From assembly GCA_032110905.1 (NCBI GenBank), contig JAULVS010000033.1, positions 214-64,213 of the forward strand: a stretch of 64,000 nucleotides of DNA. The letters are read 5' to 3'. Source of the stretch: Chitinophagaceae bacterium (lineage in GTDB: Bacteria; Bacteroidota; Bacteroidia; Chitinophagales; Chitinophagaceae). The position numbers and the translations under genes were made by a program. The notes beneath the pieces are model-generated. The model did not search any database, was not told the DNA's origin, and was given only the letters and a program-made list of their open reading frames with translations. Below, one piece after another: positions 48,173 to 56,819 of the stretch. Every line of letters starts with the position of its first letter. The first letter of the stretch is position 1.

Positions 48173-49660
48173 ATGTTTTTATCTCTGCTGAATTTTTTAC
48201 GTTTTGTCTCAGTAAAGGTTATCATCTTTTTAACCTTTTCATTGGCTTTTTTCGCATGTACACGATTTGATCAAACAGAGTTGGGAGGAGATCTTTTACC
48301 CGGCTCTGATAACCTGTCAACCGATACGATGTTGCTTCCTGTCAGTACAATATCTTATATAGATCCTGATACATCTATTATAGATAAAAGAGAGCAGCAC
48401 GTAATCGGTTTTACCAACGATCCTCTATTTGGCAAAACGACAGCAGCGGCCTATCTACAATTGTTGCCTCCTTCTTATCCTTTCAAACTTCCTGCACCAA
48501 AAGACAGTCTTTTTCTGGATTCACTGGTTTTAACCTTGTCATACACCGGCAGCTATGGAGACACATCCGCTTTATCATCAGTAAACGTTTACAAAGTGAA
48601 CGATCCTGAGTTCAAGCCTGCTAAACGGTACATTGTTTCTCAATCTCCTTCCTTTTCTTCTGCCGATCTGCTTGGTACTTCCTCTTTCAGGGCTACAGAT
48701 TTAAGAAAAGGGGTTCGGTTAAAATACAAAACCGACAGTGTCGTAAATCAACTTCGTATAAGACTAAATGATCAGCTCGGTCGCTCATTGCTTGACCAGG
48801 ACAATATAACCGGTGCTTTTCAGAACGATTCTATCTTTAAAGTATTTCTCAGAGGTTTCGCAATTATCCCAGACTCACTCAACTCGGGGAATGCACTTCA
48901 TTATTTCTCTCTTGCTAACGGCAATACAGCGCTGCAGTTGTACTATCGCGTTCAGAAACCAGATAATAAATTTGATACCACCCGCACGGAATTCTTTTTT
49001 GTTCCCGAAGTGATCAGATCTGCCAATGCAAATAAAATATACCGTACTTATACTGGCAGTGTTGCAGAGCCAGTAATCACTTCGGGCCTTCCTGCTTCAA
49101 TGGCATATATCCAAACGGCACCCGGTACTTCTACAACTGTGCGTGTTCCCGGACTGGATACGCTTGCAGGTAAAAATTATATTATACACCGGGCAGAGTT
49201 GGTGGCACGTCAGATTTATCAGGGACCGTTGCAGGTGGAAAATTCTTTTTTACAGCCTGCTCTTCATTTGTTTACCCTTGATGCAAATGCCAAAAATGCA
49301 CCCATTCCATTCGACAGTATTCTCTATTTCCAGCAGTCATCTTTTGATTTTGTGAGAAGTGTAACGCTCTATAATCTGCAAAATACTTATACGGGAGGTA
49401 CAGCCACTTTTTATCAGGATAACAGCAACAATACTGCTGCTGAATACAGAATGAACATCACCCGTTATGTTCAGTATATTGTTAACGGAAAAGCCCAGAG
49501 AAGGGATTTCAAACTGGCGGCTCCTTATTTTGCTGATTTCGCCGGTGGAAGAAGTAGCGGAACAAGCATTAACCCGATCGCTTACGGGCGTGTACAACTT
49601 GGAGGGGGAACTCATCCGCAATATCCCATGTATGTAAGAATCTATTATTCAAAGCCGTAG
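48173..49660 (+). CDS. DUF4270-like lipoprotein
   Basis: Lipobox FFAC, DPLFGKTTA, DSLVLTLSY, C-terminal YMYVRIYYS-like ending; follows GT5-like gene; start uncertain. Confidence 0.7.
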   Translation: MFLSLLNFLRFVSVKVIIFLTFSLAFFACTRFDQTELGGDLLPGSDNLSTDTMLLPVSTISYIDPDTSIIDKREQHVIGFTNDPLFGKTTAAAYLQLLPPSYPFKLPAPKDSLFLDSLVLTLSYTGSYGDTSALSSVNVYKVNDPEFKPAKRYIVSQSPSFSSADLLGTSSFRATDLRKGVRLKYKTDSVVNQLRIRLNDQLGRSLLDQDNITGAFQNDSIFKVFLRGFAIIPDSLNSGNALHYFSLANGNTALQLYYRVQKPDNKFDTTRTEFFFVPEVIRSANANKIYRTYTGSVAEPVITSGLPASMAYIQTAPGTSTTVRVPGLDTLAGKNYIIHRAELVARQIYQGPLQVENSFLQPALHLFTLDANAKNAPIPFDSILYFQQSSFDFVRSVTLYNLQNTYTGGTATFYQDNSNNTAAEYRMNITRYVQYIVNGKAQRRDFKLAAPYFADFAGGRSSGTSINPIAYGRVQLGGGTHPQYPMYVRIYYSKP

Positions 49661-49717
49661 ACGTTGAATTCGTTGAGCGCTTATCTTTGCCGCATTAATT
49701 TTTAAAAATCAACCATT

Positions 49718-50974
49718 ATGCCTTATTTATTTACTTCCGAAAGTGTTTCCGAAGGGCATCCCGATAAAGTTGCCGATCAGATATCGGATGCATTGATTGA
49801 CAATTTTCTTGCTTTTGATGCACAGTCGAAAGTAGCCTGTGAAACACTTGTAACAACGGGACAGGTGGTTCTTGCCGGTGAAGTAAAATCAAAAGCTTAT
49901 CTCGATGTGCAGGAAATTGCACGCGGGGTAATTGAAAAGATTGGCTATACAAAGAGTGAATATATGTTTGAGGCCAGATCCTGCGGTGTTTTGTCTGCCA
50001 TTCATGAACAAAGTTCAGACATCAACCAGGGCGTTGACCGAAAGAAGAAAGAAGAACAGGGTGCAGGCGATCAGGGGATGATGTTTGGGTATGCCACCAA
50101 TGAAACTGAGCATTATATGCCACTGGCGCTTGACCTTGCTCATAATTTATTGATTGAGCTGGCAGCTATTCGCAGAGAGAAAAAATCTAAAATGCCATAT
50201 CTGCGTCCTGACGCGAAAAGTCAGGTAACGCTTGAATATGATGACAATAACAAGCCAACACGTATTGATGCGATTGTTATTTCAACACAACACGATGATT
50301 TCGATTCAGAAGCTAAAATGCTTGCACGCATTGAAAAAGATGTAAAAACAATTCTGATCCCACGCATCAAAAACAAATACAAACAATACGCAAAACTTTT
50401 CAACGACAAGATTAAATACCATATTAATCCAACCGGAAAGTTTGTGATTGGTGGGCCACATGGTGATACCGGACTGACAGGGAGAAAAATTATAGTTGAT
50501 ACCTATGGCGGGAAAGGAGCACATGGAGGAGGCGCTTTCAGCGGAAAAGATCCTTCCAAAGTAGATCGCTCTGCTGCATACGCTACCCGTCATATTGCAA
50601 AAAATCTGGTAGCTGCCGGACTTTGTGATGAAGTGCTGGTACAGGTTTCATATGCAATTGGCGTTGCGAAACCAACTTCCATCAATGTTAATACATATGG
50701 CACATCCAAAGTGGGTCTGACAGATGGCCAGATTGCGCAAATTGTGGAAGGCATTTTTGATATGCGTCCCTATTTCATTGAGCAAAGACTTAAGTTGCGC
50801 AGTCCGATTTACAGCGAAACAGCAGCTTACGGACATATGGGGCGTGTTCCTCAGGTCATTGAAAAGAAATTCAAGTCGCCGGACGGAAAAGAAAAGAAAG
50901 TGAAAGTTGAACTCTTTACATGGGAGAAACTGGATTATGTAAAGAAAGTGAAAAAGGCTTTCGGGTTAAAATAA
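49718..50974 (+). CDS. metK: S-adenosylmethionine synthetase
   Basis: [41 protein letters not shown]; TATCTTTG at 49682-89. Confidence 0.97.
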   Translation: MPYLFTSESVSEGHPDKVADQISDALIDNFLAFDAQSKVACETLVTTGQVVLAGEVKSKAYLDVQEIARGVIEKIGYTKSEYMFEARSCGVLSAIHEQSSDINQGVDRKKKEEQGAGDQGMMFGYATNETEHYMPLALDLAHNLLIELAAIRREKKSKMPYLRPDAKSQVTLEYDDNNKPTRIDAIVISTQHDDFDSEAKMLARIEKDVKTILIPRIKNKYKQYAKLFNDKIKYHINPTGKFVIGGPHGDTGLTGRKIIVDTYGGKGAHGGGAFSGKDPSKVDRSAAYATRHIAKNLVAAGLCDEVLVQVSYAIGVAKPTSINVNTYGTSKVGLTDGQIAQIVEGIFDMRPYFIEQRLKLRSPIYSETAAYGHMGRVPQVIEKKFKSPDGKEKKVKVELFTWEKLDYVKKVKKAFGLK

Positions 50975-50993
50975 GCATCCTTTAATCTATTTC

Positions 50994-51024
50994 AAAGCAG
51001 CGTCATATTGGTGCTGCTTTTTTG
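50994..51024 (+). terminator. intrinsic terminator after metK
   Basis: AAAGCAGC...GCTGCTTT followed by T-run. Confidence 0.75.
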
Positions 51025-51032
51025 TTTGAAAA

Positions 51033-51098
51033 AAGTCCGCAAGTCCGTGAGTCAAGACATTAAGCTAACTGACTTAAAGACTGACGGACTAATCGTCT
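51033..51098. repeat. inverted pair of 8-bp periodic tracts
   Basis: AGTC at 51034, 51042, 51050; GACT/GTCT ending at 51074, 51082, 51090, 51098. Confidence 0.75.
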
Positions 51099-51129
51099 CT
51101 TTTTCTCAGCTTTTCTGTTTCTTTGCAAT

Positions 51130-51906
51130 GTGAAATCATTCAGACAAAAACAACATCGTCCTCGTAAATCACAAATGATTACGGGTATTTCTGCCATCAT
51201 AAATGCCATTGATAATGGAGAGATGATTGATCGCATATACGTTCAGCAGGGATTGAAAGGAGAAGCCATTGCTGCATTGCGATTGAAAGCGACTTCAAGT
51301 CAAATTCCGATCAATGTTGTACCGGTTGAAAAGTTGAATCATTTTCATGTAACTGATCACGGAGGTTGTGTAGCACAAAAATCAAGAATCAGGTATCAGG
51401 ATTTACAGGATGTGATAGATTGGGTGAATGAAAAGGGAGAAGTGCCATTGTTCCTGATGCTTGATGGCGTTACGGATATTCGCAATATTGGCGCAATTGC
51501 ACGCACAGCCTGGTGTTGTGGTGTGCAGTGTTTGATTATTCCCGACAAAGGCGTAGGAGCATTGAATGAAGATGCCATTTTAACCAGTGCCGGAGCATTG
51601 GAGCAGATTGCTGTTTGTCGAGTGCAAAGTTTGATGAAAGCGGTTGATACACTTCATCTAAATGGCATCCGTGTTTTTGCTTCGGAGATGAAGGCGGAGA
51701 AACAGTTGGATGTATGTGATTTCAAGATTCCTTCAGTGATTGTATTGGGAGGTGAGGAGAAAGGCATTTATCCTGCTTTACTGAAAATATGTGACGAGCA
51801 GTTTCAGATTCCGATGTACCGAAATTTTGAATCGTTGAATGTGTCAGTTGCTACCGGTATGATGTTATATGAAGCGATGAGGCAGAGGAGGGTGGGTGAA
51901 AGTTAA
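51130..51906 (+). CDS. rlmB: 23S rRNA 2'-O-ribose methyltransferase (RlmB/TrmH family)
   Basis: LDGVTDIRNIGAIART, LGGEEKG, ESLNVSVATG (SPOUT motifs). Confidence 0.88.
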   Translation: MKSFRQKQHRPRKSQMITGISAIINAIDNGEMIDRIYVQQGLKGEAIAALRLKATSSQIPINVVPVEKLNHFHVTDHGGCVAQKSRIRYQDLQDVIDWVNEKGEVPLFLMLDGVTDIRNIGAIARTAWCCGVQCLIIPDKGVGALNEDAILTSAGALEQIAVCRVQSLMKAVDTLHLNGIRVFASEMKAEKQLDVCDFKIPSVIVLGGEEKGIYPALLKICDEQFQIPMYRNFESLNVSVATGMMLYEAMRQRRVGES

Positions 51907-51910
51907 AAGA

Positions 51911-51974
51911 GAGACCGTAAGTCCATGAGACAGACGAACAACGAACAACGATCAACGATCAACGAACAACTAAC
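51911..51974 (+). repeat. 8-bp tract followed by 7-bp AACGAWC tract
   Basis: gagaccgt aagtccat gagac; aacgaac aacgatc aacgatc aacgaac aactaac. Confidence 0.8.
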
Positions 51975-51975
51975 G

Positions 51976-52833
51976 ATGCTTGCTCCAATACAAATAGTAG
52001 AATGTCCGCGTGATGCGATGCAGGGATGGAAGAAGATGATTCCAACTGCTGATAAAATCAGTTATTTGAATCAGTTATTAAAAGTGGGTTTTCATACGTT
52101 GGATTTTGGCAGTTTTGTTTCGCCGAAGGCGATTCCTCAGATGGCGGATACGGATGAGGTGTTGCAGTCGTTAGACACAAAGCAGGGTGATACGAGGTTA
52201 CTGGCAATTGTTGCCAATGAACGTGGTGCGGAGAAAGCTTGTACATATGAGCAAATACATGATTTAGGATTTCCTTTCTCTGTTTCTGAAACTTTTCAGA
52301 AGAGGAATGCAAACAGTACAGTGGCTGAAGCTTTTGAGAAAGTGAAATCCATTCAACAGCTTTGTAAGGCTCACGATAAACAACTCGTGGTTTATCTTTC
52401 AATGGCATTCGGTAATCCTTACGGAGATGAATGGAATGAACAGATTGTTTTTGAATGGGCAGAAAAGATTGCAGGGCTGGGAGTGAAGGTGCTGTCACTT
52501 GCAGATACGGTAGGACTGGCGCATGCATCACAAGTAGAAAAGATGACGGGATTTTTAATAGAGCAAATGCAGGATATAACTATCGGCGTTCATCTTCACT
52601 CAACATCAGCCAATCGCATTGAAAAGTTAGAAGCAGCCTACCGAACAGGTTGTAAAAGGTATGATGGCGCACTAAAAGGAATAGGAGGATGCCCAATGGC
52701 CGATGATGCCCTGGTGGGTAATATGGATACGGAATGGATGATTGATTTTTTTAATCAGAAAAATCAACATTTAATGCTCAATCAAAATGAATTGCAAACC
52801 GCTTTACAAATGGCCGAGGAGGTGTTTGTATAG
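51976..52833 (+). CDS. hydroxymethylglutaryl-CoA lyase
   Basis: IVECPRDAMQG, GSFVSPKAIPQMAD, LADTVG, GVHLH, GIGGCP; likely ATG 51976. Confidence 0.9.
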   Translation: MLAPIQIVECPRDAMQGWKKMIPTADKISYLNQLLKVGFHTLDFGSFVSPKAIPQMADTDEVLQSLDTKQGDTRLLAIVANERGAEKACTYEQIHDLGFPFSVSETFQKRNANSTVAEAFEKVKSIQQLCKAHDKQLVVYLSMAFGNPYGDEWNEQIVFEWAEKIAGLGVKVLSLADTVGLAHASQVEKMTGFLIEQMQDITIGVHLHSTSANRIEKLEAAYRTGCKRYDGALKGIGGCPMADDALVGNMDTEWMIDFFNQKNQHLMLNQNELQTALQMAEEVFV

Positions 52834-52882
52834 AATTGTTATGGGGTACAGGTTTAACTAATATCCCATATTATCAGTTTCG

Positions 52883-52937
52883 AGATTCTTCGCTTATGCT
52901 CCACGTTTACGCTTCACTATGGGACGAGCAGAATGAC
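52883..52937. repeat. REP-like element AGATTCTTCGCT...CAGAATGAC
   Basis: Ends resemble the reverse complement of 6375-6397; about 34 nt internal spacer. Confidence 0.5.
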
Positions 52938-52965
52938 GCACTTGTCCTTTACCAACCACTATAAC

Positions 52966-52998
52966 TACTGCCAACCGCCAACTGTTAACTGATAACCG
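52966..52998 (-). repeat. 7-bp GTT tract after pyk stop
   Basis: Minus strand: gttaacg gttatca gttaaca gttggcg gttggca. Confidence 0.8.
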
Positions 52999-54492
52999 TT
53001 AACTGACAACTCCAATTTTAATCAGATTGGTAGGCAAGTGTAATTGAACCGGTGTGCTACCTGTGTTTACAATAACATCGCCGGGTTTTACAAATCCTCT
53101 TTCTTTCAGAATATTAATTTGATCGGTGAAAATTTCATCAACACTTTCTTCTTCTCCGTAGTAAAAAGCACGTACACCCCAGCTCAAACTTAATTGGTTG
53201 ACTAAAGTTTTTTCTTTGGTGAAAATATAAAGAGGAGAGCGTGGACGGAAGGAACTCAGCATAAAGCCAGTGTAACCGCTTTGTGTCATGCCAATTAAAG
53301 CATGCGCATTCACATCCTTTGAAATTTCGCAGGCATTATAGCAAATTGCATCACTGAGGAAAGATGGAGAATGAGGTTGAGGTTTCAGATCTTCCTCACG
53401 ATCGTAGCGGTAATAGCTGCTTGTTTCAACTTCTTTGATGATTTTACACATCGTTTCTACAACCAGAACCGGATGACTGCCTGTAGCAGTTTCCCCACTA
53501 AGCATTACCGCATCTGCGCCTTCAAGTACAGCATTTGCAACATCAGAGCTTTCACTTCTGTTTGGTTTAACCCGATCAATCATACTTTCCATCATCTGTG
53601 TGGCAACGATAACAGGCTTCGCTCTATGAATACATTTACGGATAAGCTCTTTTTGAATGAGGGGCACTTGCTCAACCGGCATTTCTACACCAAGATCACC
53701 GCGGGCAACCATGATGCCATCACTTTCGAGAATAATATCCCGGATATTAGTAAGTGCTTCGGGCTTTTCAATTTTTGCGATGATTTTGAGCTTGCTTTTT
53801 CTTTCGTCTAGTTTGTTACGAAGAATGATGATGTCTTTTACATTTCTAACAAAAGAAAGAGCTACCCAGTCAAGTTGTTGGTCAATAATAAAATCAAGAT
53901 CAGCTAAATCCTTCTCCGTAAGGGCCGGTAAAGAGATTTTCGTATCAGGCAGGTTAATTCCTTTTTTAGATGAAAGTTTTCCGCCAAGCGTAACTTCTAC
54001 CTGTACATCATTGTTTCTGGTGATGCCAATTACTCTCACTTCAAGTTTGCCATCGTCTATCAGGATGATATTTCCGGGTTTCACATCCTTATGTAAATCG
54101 GGATAGGAAACATAAATGCGTTCGTTGTTACCAATGAGTTTTTCATTTGTAAAAGTTAGGATATCGCCTTCCTTCACGTCAATCCCTCCGTTTTCCATTT
54201 CGCCTACGCGAAGTTTCGGTCCTTGTAGATCACCCAGAATTGCGATGTTGTAAGGCTGTGTTTTATTAATATTTCGGATGTGCTCGATGATTTGTGCTTT
54301 GTCTTCATGAGATCCATGGGAAAAGTTGAGACGAAATACATTGACGCCTGCTTTAACAAGCCCAAGTAATTTGTCGTAAGTGTCACAGGCTGGTCCAACC
54401 GTTGCAACTATTTTGGTACGGTGAGAAGAATGGCGGATGCCTTCTTCTTTATTCATTTCTTTGTGCAGGTACTTACCGACGTTTTTTGACAT
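52999..54492 (-). CDS. pyk: pyruvate kinase
   Basis: RTKIVATVGPA, FRLNFSHG, GDLQGPKLR, IIAKIE, MVARGDLGVE, ATQMMESM; likely ATG 54492. Confidence 0.97.
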   Translation of the reverse strand: MSKNVGKYLHKEMNKEEGIRHSSHRTKIVATVGPACDTYDKLLGLVKAGVNVFRLNFSHGSHEDKAQIIEHIRNINKTQPYNIAILGDLQGPKLRVGEMENGGIDVKEGDILTFTNEKLIGNNERIYVSYPDLHKDVKPGNIILIDDGKLEVRVIGITRNNDVQVEVTLGGKLSSKKGINLPDTKISLPALTEKDLADLDFIIDQQLDWVALSFVRNVKDIIILRNKLDERKSKLKIIAKIEKPEALTNIRDIILESDGIMVARGDLGVEMPVEQVPLIQKELIRKCIHRAKPVIVATQMMESMIDRVKPNRSESSDVANAVLEGADAVMLSGETATGSHPVLVVETMCKIIKEVETSSYYRYDREEDLKPQPHSPSFLSDAICYNACEISKDVNAHALIGMTQSGYTGFMLSSFRPRSPLYIFTKEKTLVNQLSLSWGVRAFYYGEEESVDEIFTDQINILKERGFVKPGDVIVNTGSTPVQLHLPTNLIKIGVVS

Positions 54493-54535
54493 GGATATTT
54501 TTTTTGTGAGTAATTGATTGTTTGTGTTGAATGGT

Positions 54536-55519
54536 TTAACTCGCAAGAATTTTTACGATTTTCATCCATTCTTCATTTACTTTTTGTTTTGCTTTTACGG
54601 CTTTGTCAAGGGGTGTAAAATGTAATTTGTTGTTGACGATACCAATCATTGTGTTATGCTTTCCTTCAATCAGGGCTTCCACGGCAGCATAACCAAGTCT
54701 GCTTGCAATTACACGGTCGAGGCAAGTAGGAGAGCCGCCACGCTGAATATGTCCAAGGATGCAAACACGTGTATCCAAATTAGGAATGCGATTTTTGATG
54801 ATGGTTGCAAGTTCATTTGCACCGCCTATTTCATCACCTTCCGCCACTACGATCATATTAACCAGTTTTTTTCTCCGCTCTTTTTCTTCAAGAGAATGAA
54901 GAACTGTTTCCACATCGGTTTTGGTTTCAGGTATGAGGATATGTTCTGCTCCAGTTGAGATTCCACTGTGAAGCGCGATATAACCCGCATCGCGTCCCAT
55001 CACTTCAATGATAAAAAGACGATCGTGTGCATCTGCAGTGTCGCGTATTTTATCAATTGCTTCTACAGCTGTATTTACAGCTGTGTCAAAACCAATCGTA
55101 AAGTCTGTACCTGCGATATCTTTATCAATGGTGCCGGGAAGACCAATACATGGAATATCATATTCGTTGGAAAATTTCTGAGCGCCCCTGAAGCTACCAT
55201 CACCACCAATGATTACCAGGCCGTCAATGCCGTGTTTTTTTAAATTTTCATATGCTTTTTTTCGGCCTTCCGGTTCATAAAAAGCTTTGCTACGCGCTGT
55301 TTTCAGAATGGTTCCGCCTCGTTGAATGATATTGGCAACACTTCTTGAATGCATAGGTACAATATCATCTTCAAGCATTCCTTGGTATCCTCGCATAATG
55401 CCAAACACTTCCATATTATGATAGAGGCCTGTGCGCACAACAGCACGAATGGCGGCATTCATACCGGGAGAATCGCCTCCCGAAGTAAGTACGCCTATTT
55501 TGGTCACTTTTTTGCTCAT
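54536..55519 (-). CDS. pfkA: 6-phosphofructokinase
   Basis: IGVLTSGGDSPGMN, GGTILKTAR, IGGDGS, PGTIDKD, EVMGR, LGHIQRGG; likely ATG 55519. Confidence 0.97.
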   Translation of the reverse strand: MSKKVTKIGVLTSGGDSPGMNAAIRAVVRTGLYHNMEVFGIMRGYQGMLEDDIVPMHSRSVANIIQRGGTILKTARSKAFYEPEGRKKAYENLKKHGIDGLVIIGGDGSFRGAQKFSNEYDIPCIGLPGTIDKDIAGTDFTIGFDTAVNTAVEAIDKIRDTADAHDRLFIIEVMGRDAGYIALHSGISTGAEHILIPETKTDVETVLHSLEEKERRKKLVNMIVVAEGDEIGGANELATIIKNRIPNLDTRVCILGHIQRGGSPTCLDRVIASRLGYAAVEALIEGKHNTMIGIVNNKLHFTPLDKAVKAKQKVNEEWMKIVKILAS

Positions 55520-55799
55520 TAAATATCTAGTATTCTTAGGTTTATTCATTAAAATTGGCCTGCAAAAATAAACGAAATGAATAATAACGATTGTTTGTGT
55601 GAATATTTAAAGGAGAAATAATTCAAATTGACTTAACAGATAAATATTTTGGAAATCTTAATATCAAAGATTTTTTTTTAAACCAATATCAATCAAAGAG
55701 TTTTAGTGACGTTGTTTTGCAATAATTTTATTTAATGATATGACAAATTAGTCCTCATCTTTGTGCCTATAATATGGTTGTTTAACAATATAATTATTT

Positions 55800-56696
55800 A
55801 TGAAGGTTTTTGTTACCGGAGCAAATGGATTGGTTGGCAGGCATCTTATTCGTATGCTGGTAGAGGAGGGGAAGTTTGATGTGCACGCATCAGGCAAAGG
55901 CCCGTGTAGGATAGTAACCGGAAAAAAATCTTCTTTCGTATATCATAACCTGGATCTGGCTTCACATAAACATGTGCAGGCTTTGCTGGGAAAAATTGCT
56001 CCTTCTATTATTATTCATTTAGGTGCAATGTCACAACCCAATGATTGTGAATTAGATAAAAAGTCTTGTTGGAAAATAAATGTCGGAGGTACGAGAGCGA
56101 TTGTAAAGGCAGCCCTAGAGGTTAAAGCATTTGTTATTTATGTGAGTACTGATTTTGTTTTTGATGGTGAAGAGGGGCCTTATGATGAAGCAGCGGAGCC
56201 ATCACCTTTGAGTACATACGGGGAGAGCAAATACCTTGCAGAGCAAATTATTGAGTTGAGCGGGTTGCATTATGCAATCGTACGCACAGTACTTGTATAT
56301 GGTCCGCCGGTACAAGGTGGTAGATCTAATTTTGTATTATGGGTGAAAGAGCAGCTAGAAGAAGGCAATAAAATCAAAGTAGTGAACGACCAGGTACGCA
56401 CGCCTACTTATGTGGAAGACCTTGCAAAAGGAATTTTACTGGTATTGATGAAACATGCGCAAGGAATTTACCATATTTCAGGCAAGGATACGATTACCCC
56501 TTATGATTTTGCATGTCAAATTGCGGATATAATTGGGAAAGATAAATCGCTGATTACACCCGTAGATGCAGACATTTTTACCGAACCGGCCAAACGTCCG
56601 CTTAAAACAGGATTCATCATTGAAAAAGCTGTTCGCCAGCTTGGATATGAGCCTCATTCTCTGAATGAAGGACTTAGGAAGGTGTTGTTTGGTTAA
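55800..56696 (+). CDS. extended SDR, dTDP-4-dehydrorhamnose reductase (RmlD)-like
   Basis: VFVTGANGLVG, YVSTDFVFDG, YGESK, DQVRTPTY, AKRP. Confidence 0.85.
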   Translation: MKVFVTGANGLVGRHLIRMLVEEGKFDVHASGKGPCRIVTGKKSSFVYHNLDLASHKHVQALLGKIAPSIIIHLGAMSQPNDCELDKKSCWKINVGGTRAIVKAALEVKAFVIYVSTDFVFDGEEGPYDEAAEPSPLSTYGESKYLAEQIIELSGLHYAIVRTVLVYGPPVQGGRSNFVLWVKEQLEEGNKIKVVNDQVRTPTYVEDLAKGILLVLMKHAQGIYHISGKDTITPYDFACQIADIIGKDKSLITPVDADIFTEPAKRPLKTGFIIEKAVRQLGYEPHSLNEGLRKVLFG

Positions 56697-56819
56697 CAAT
56701 ATTTGCACAGGTCATTTTTTTTTATTTTCTTTACGTTCATCTAATTAGTTGATATTCATGAATCTTTTTAAGCCGAGATTCGTTGTTTTCTATTAATTCA
56801 TCATCCTAAAAAACCGATT

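Noticed and set aside
49661-49717. SAM riboswitch upstream of metK
   Set aside because: The spacer is 57 nt with a promoter element 28 nt before ATG; no SAM riboswitch motif was recognised
14620-55549. Extended N-termini in the ORF track (e.g. 14620, 15996, 22524, 44426, 47339, 51925, 54546, 55549)
   Set aside because: Extensions cover promoters, repeats or neighbouring genes; downstream starts match family N-termini and were used instead
55550-55799. Very AT-rich 250-bp spacer as a possible sRNA or foreign DNA
   Set aside because: Consistent with a divergent promoter region (TATTTTTG on the minus strand before pfkA); no stable structure seen
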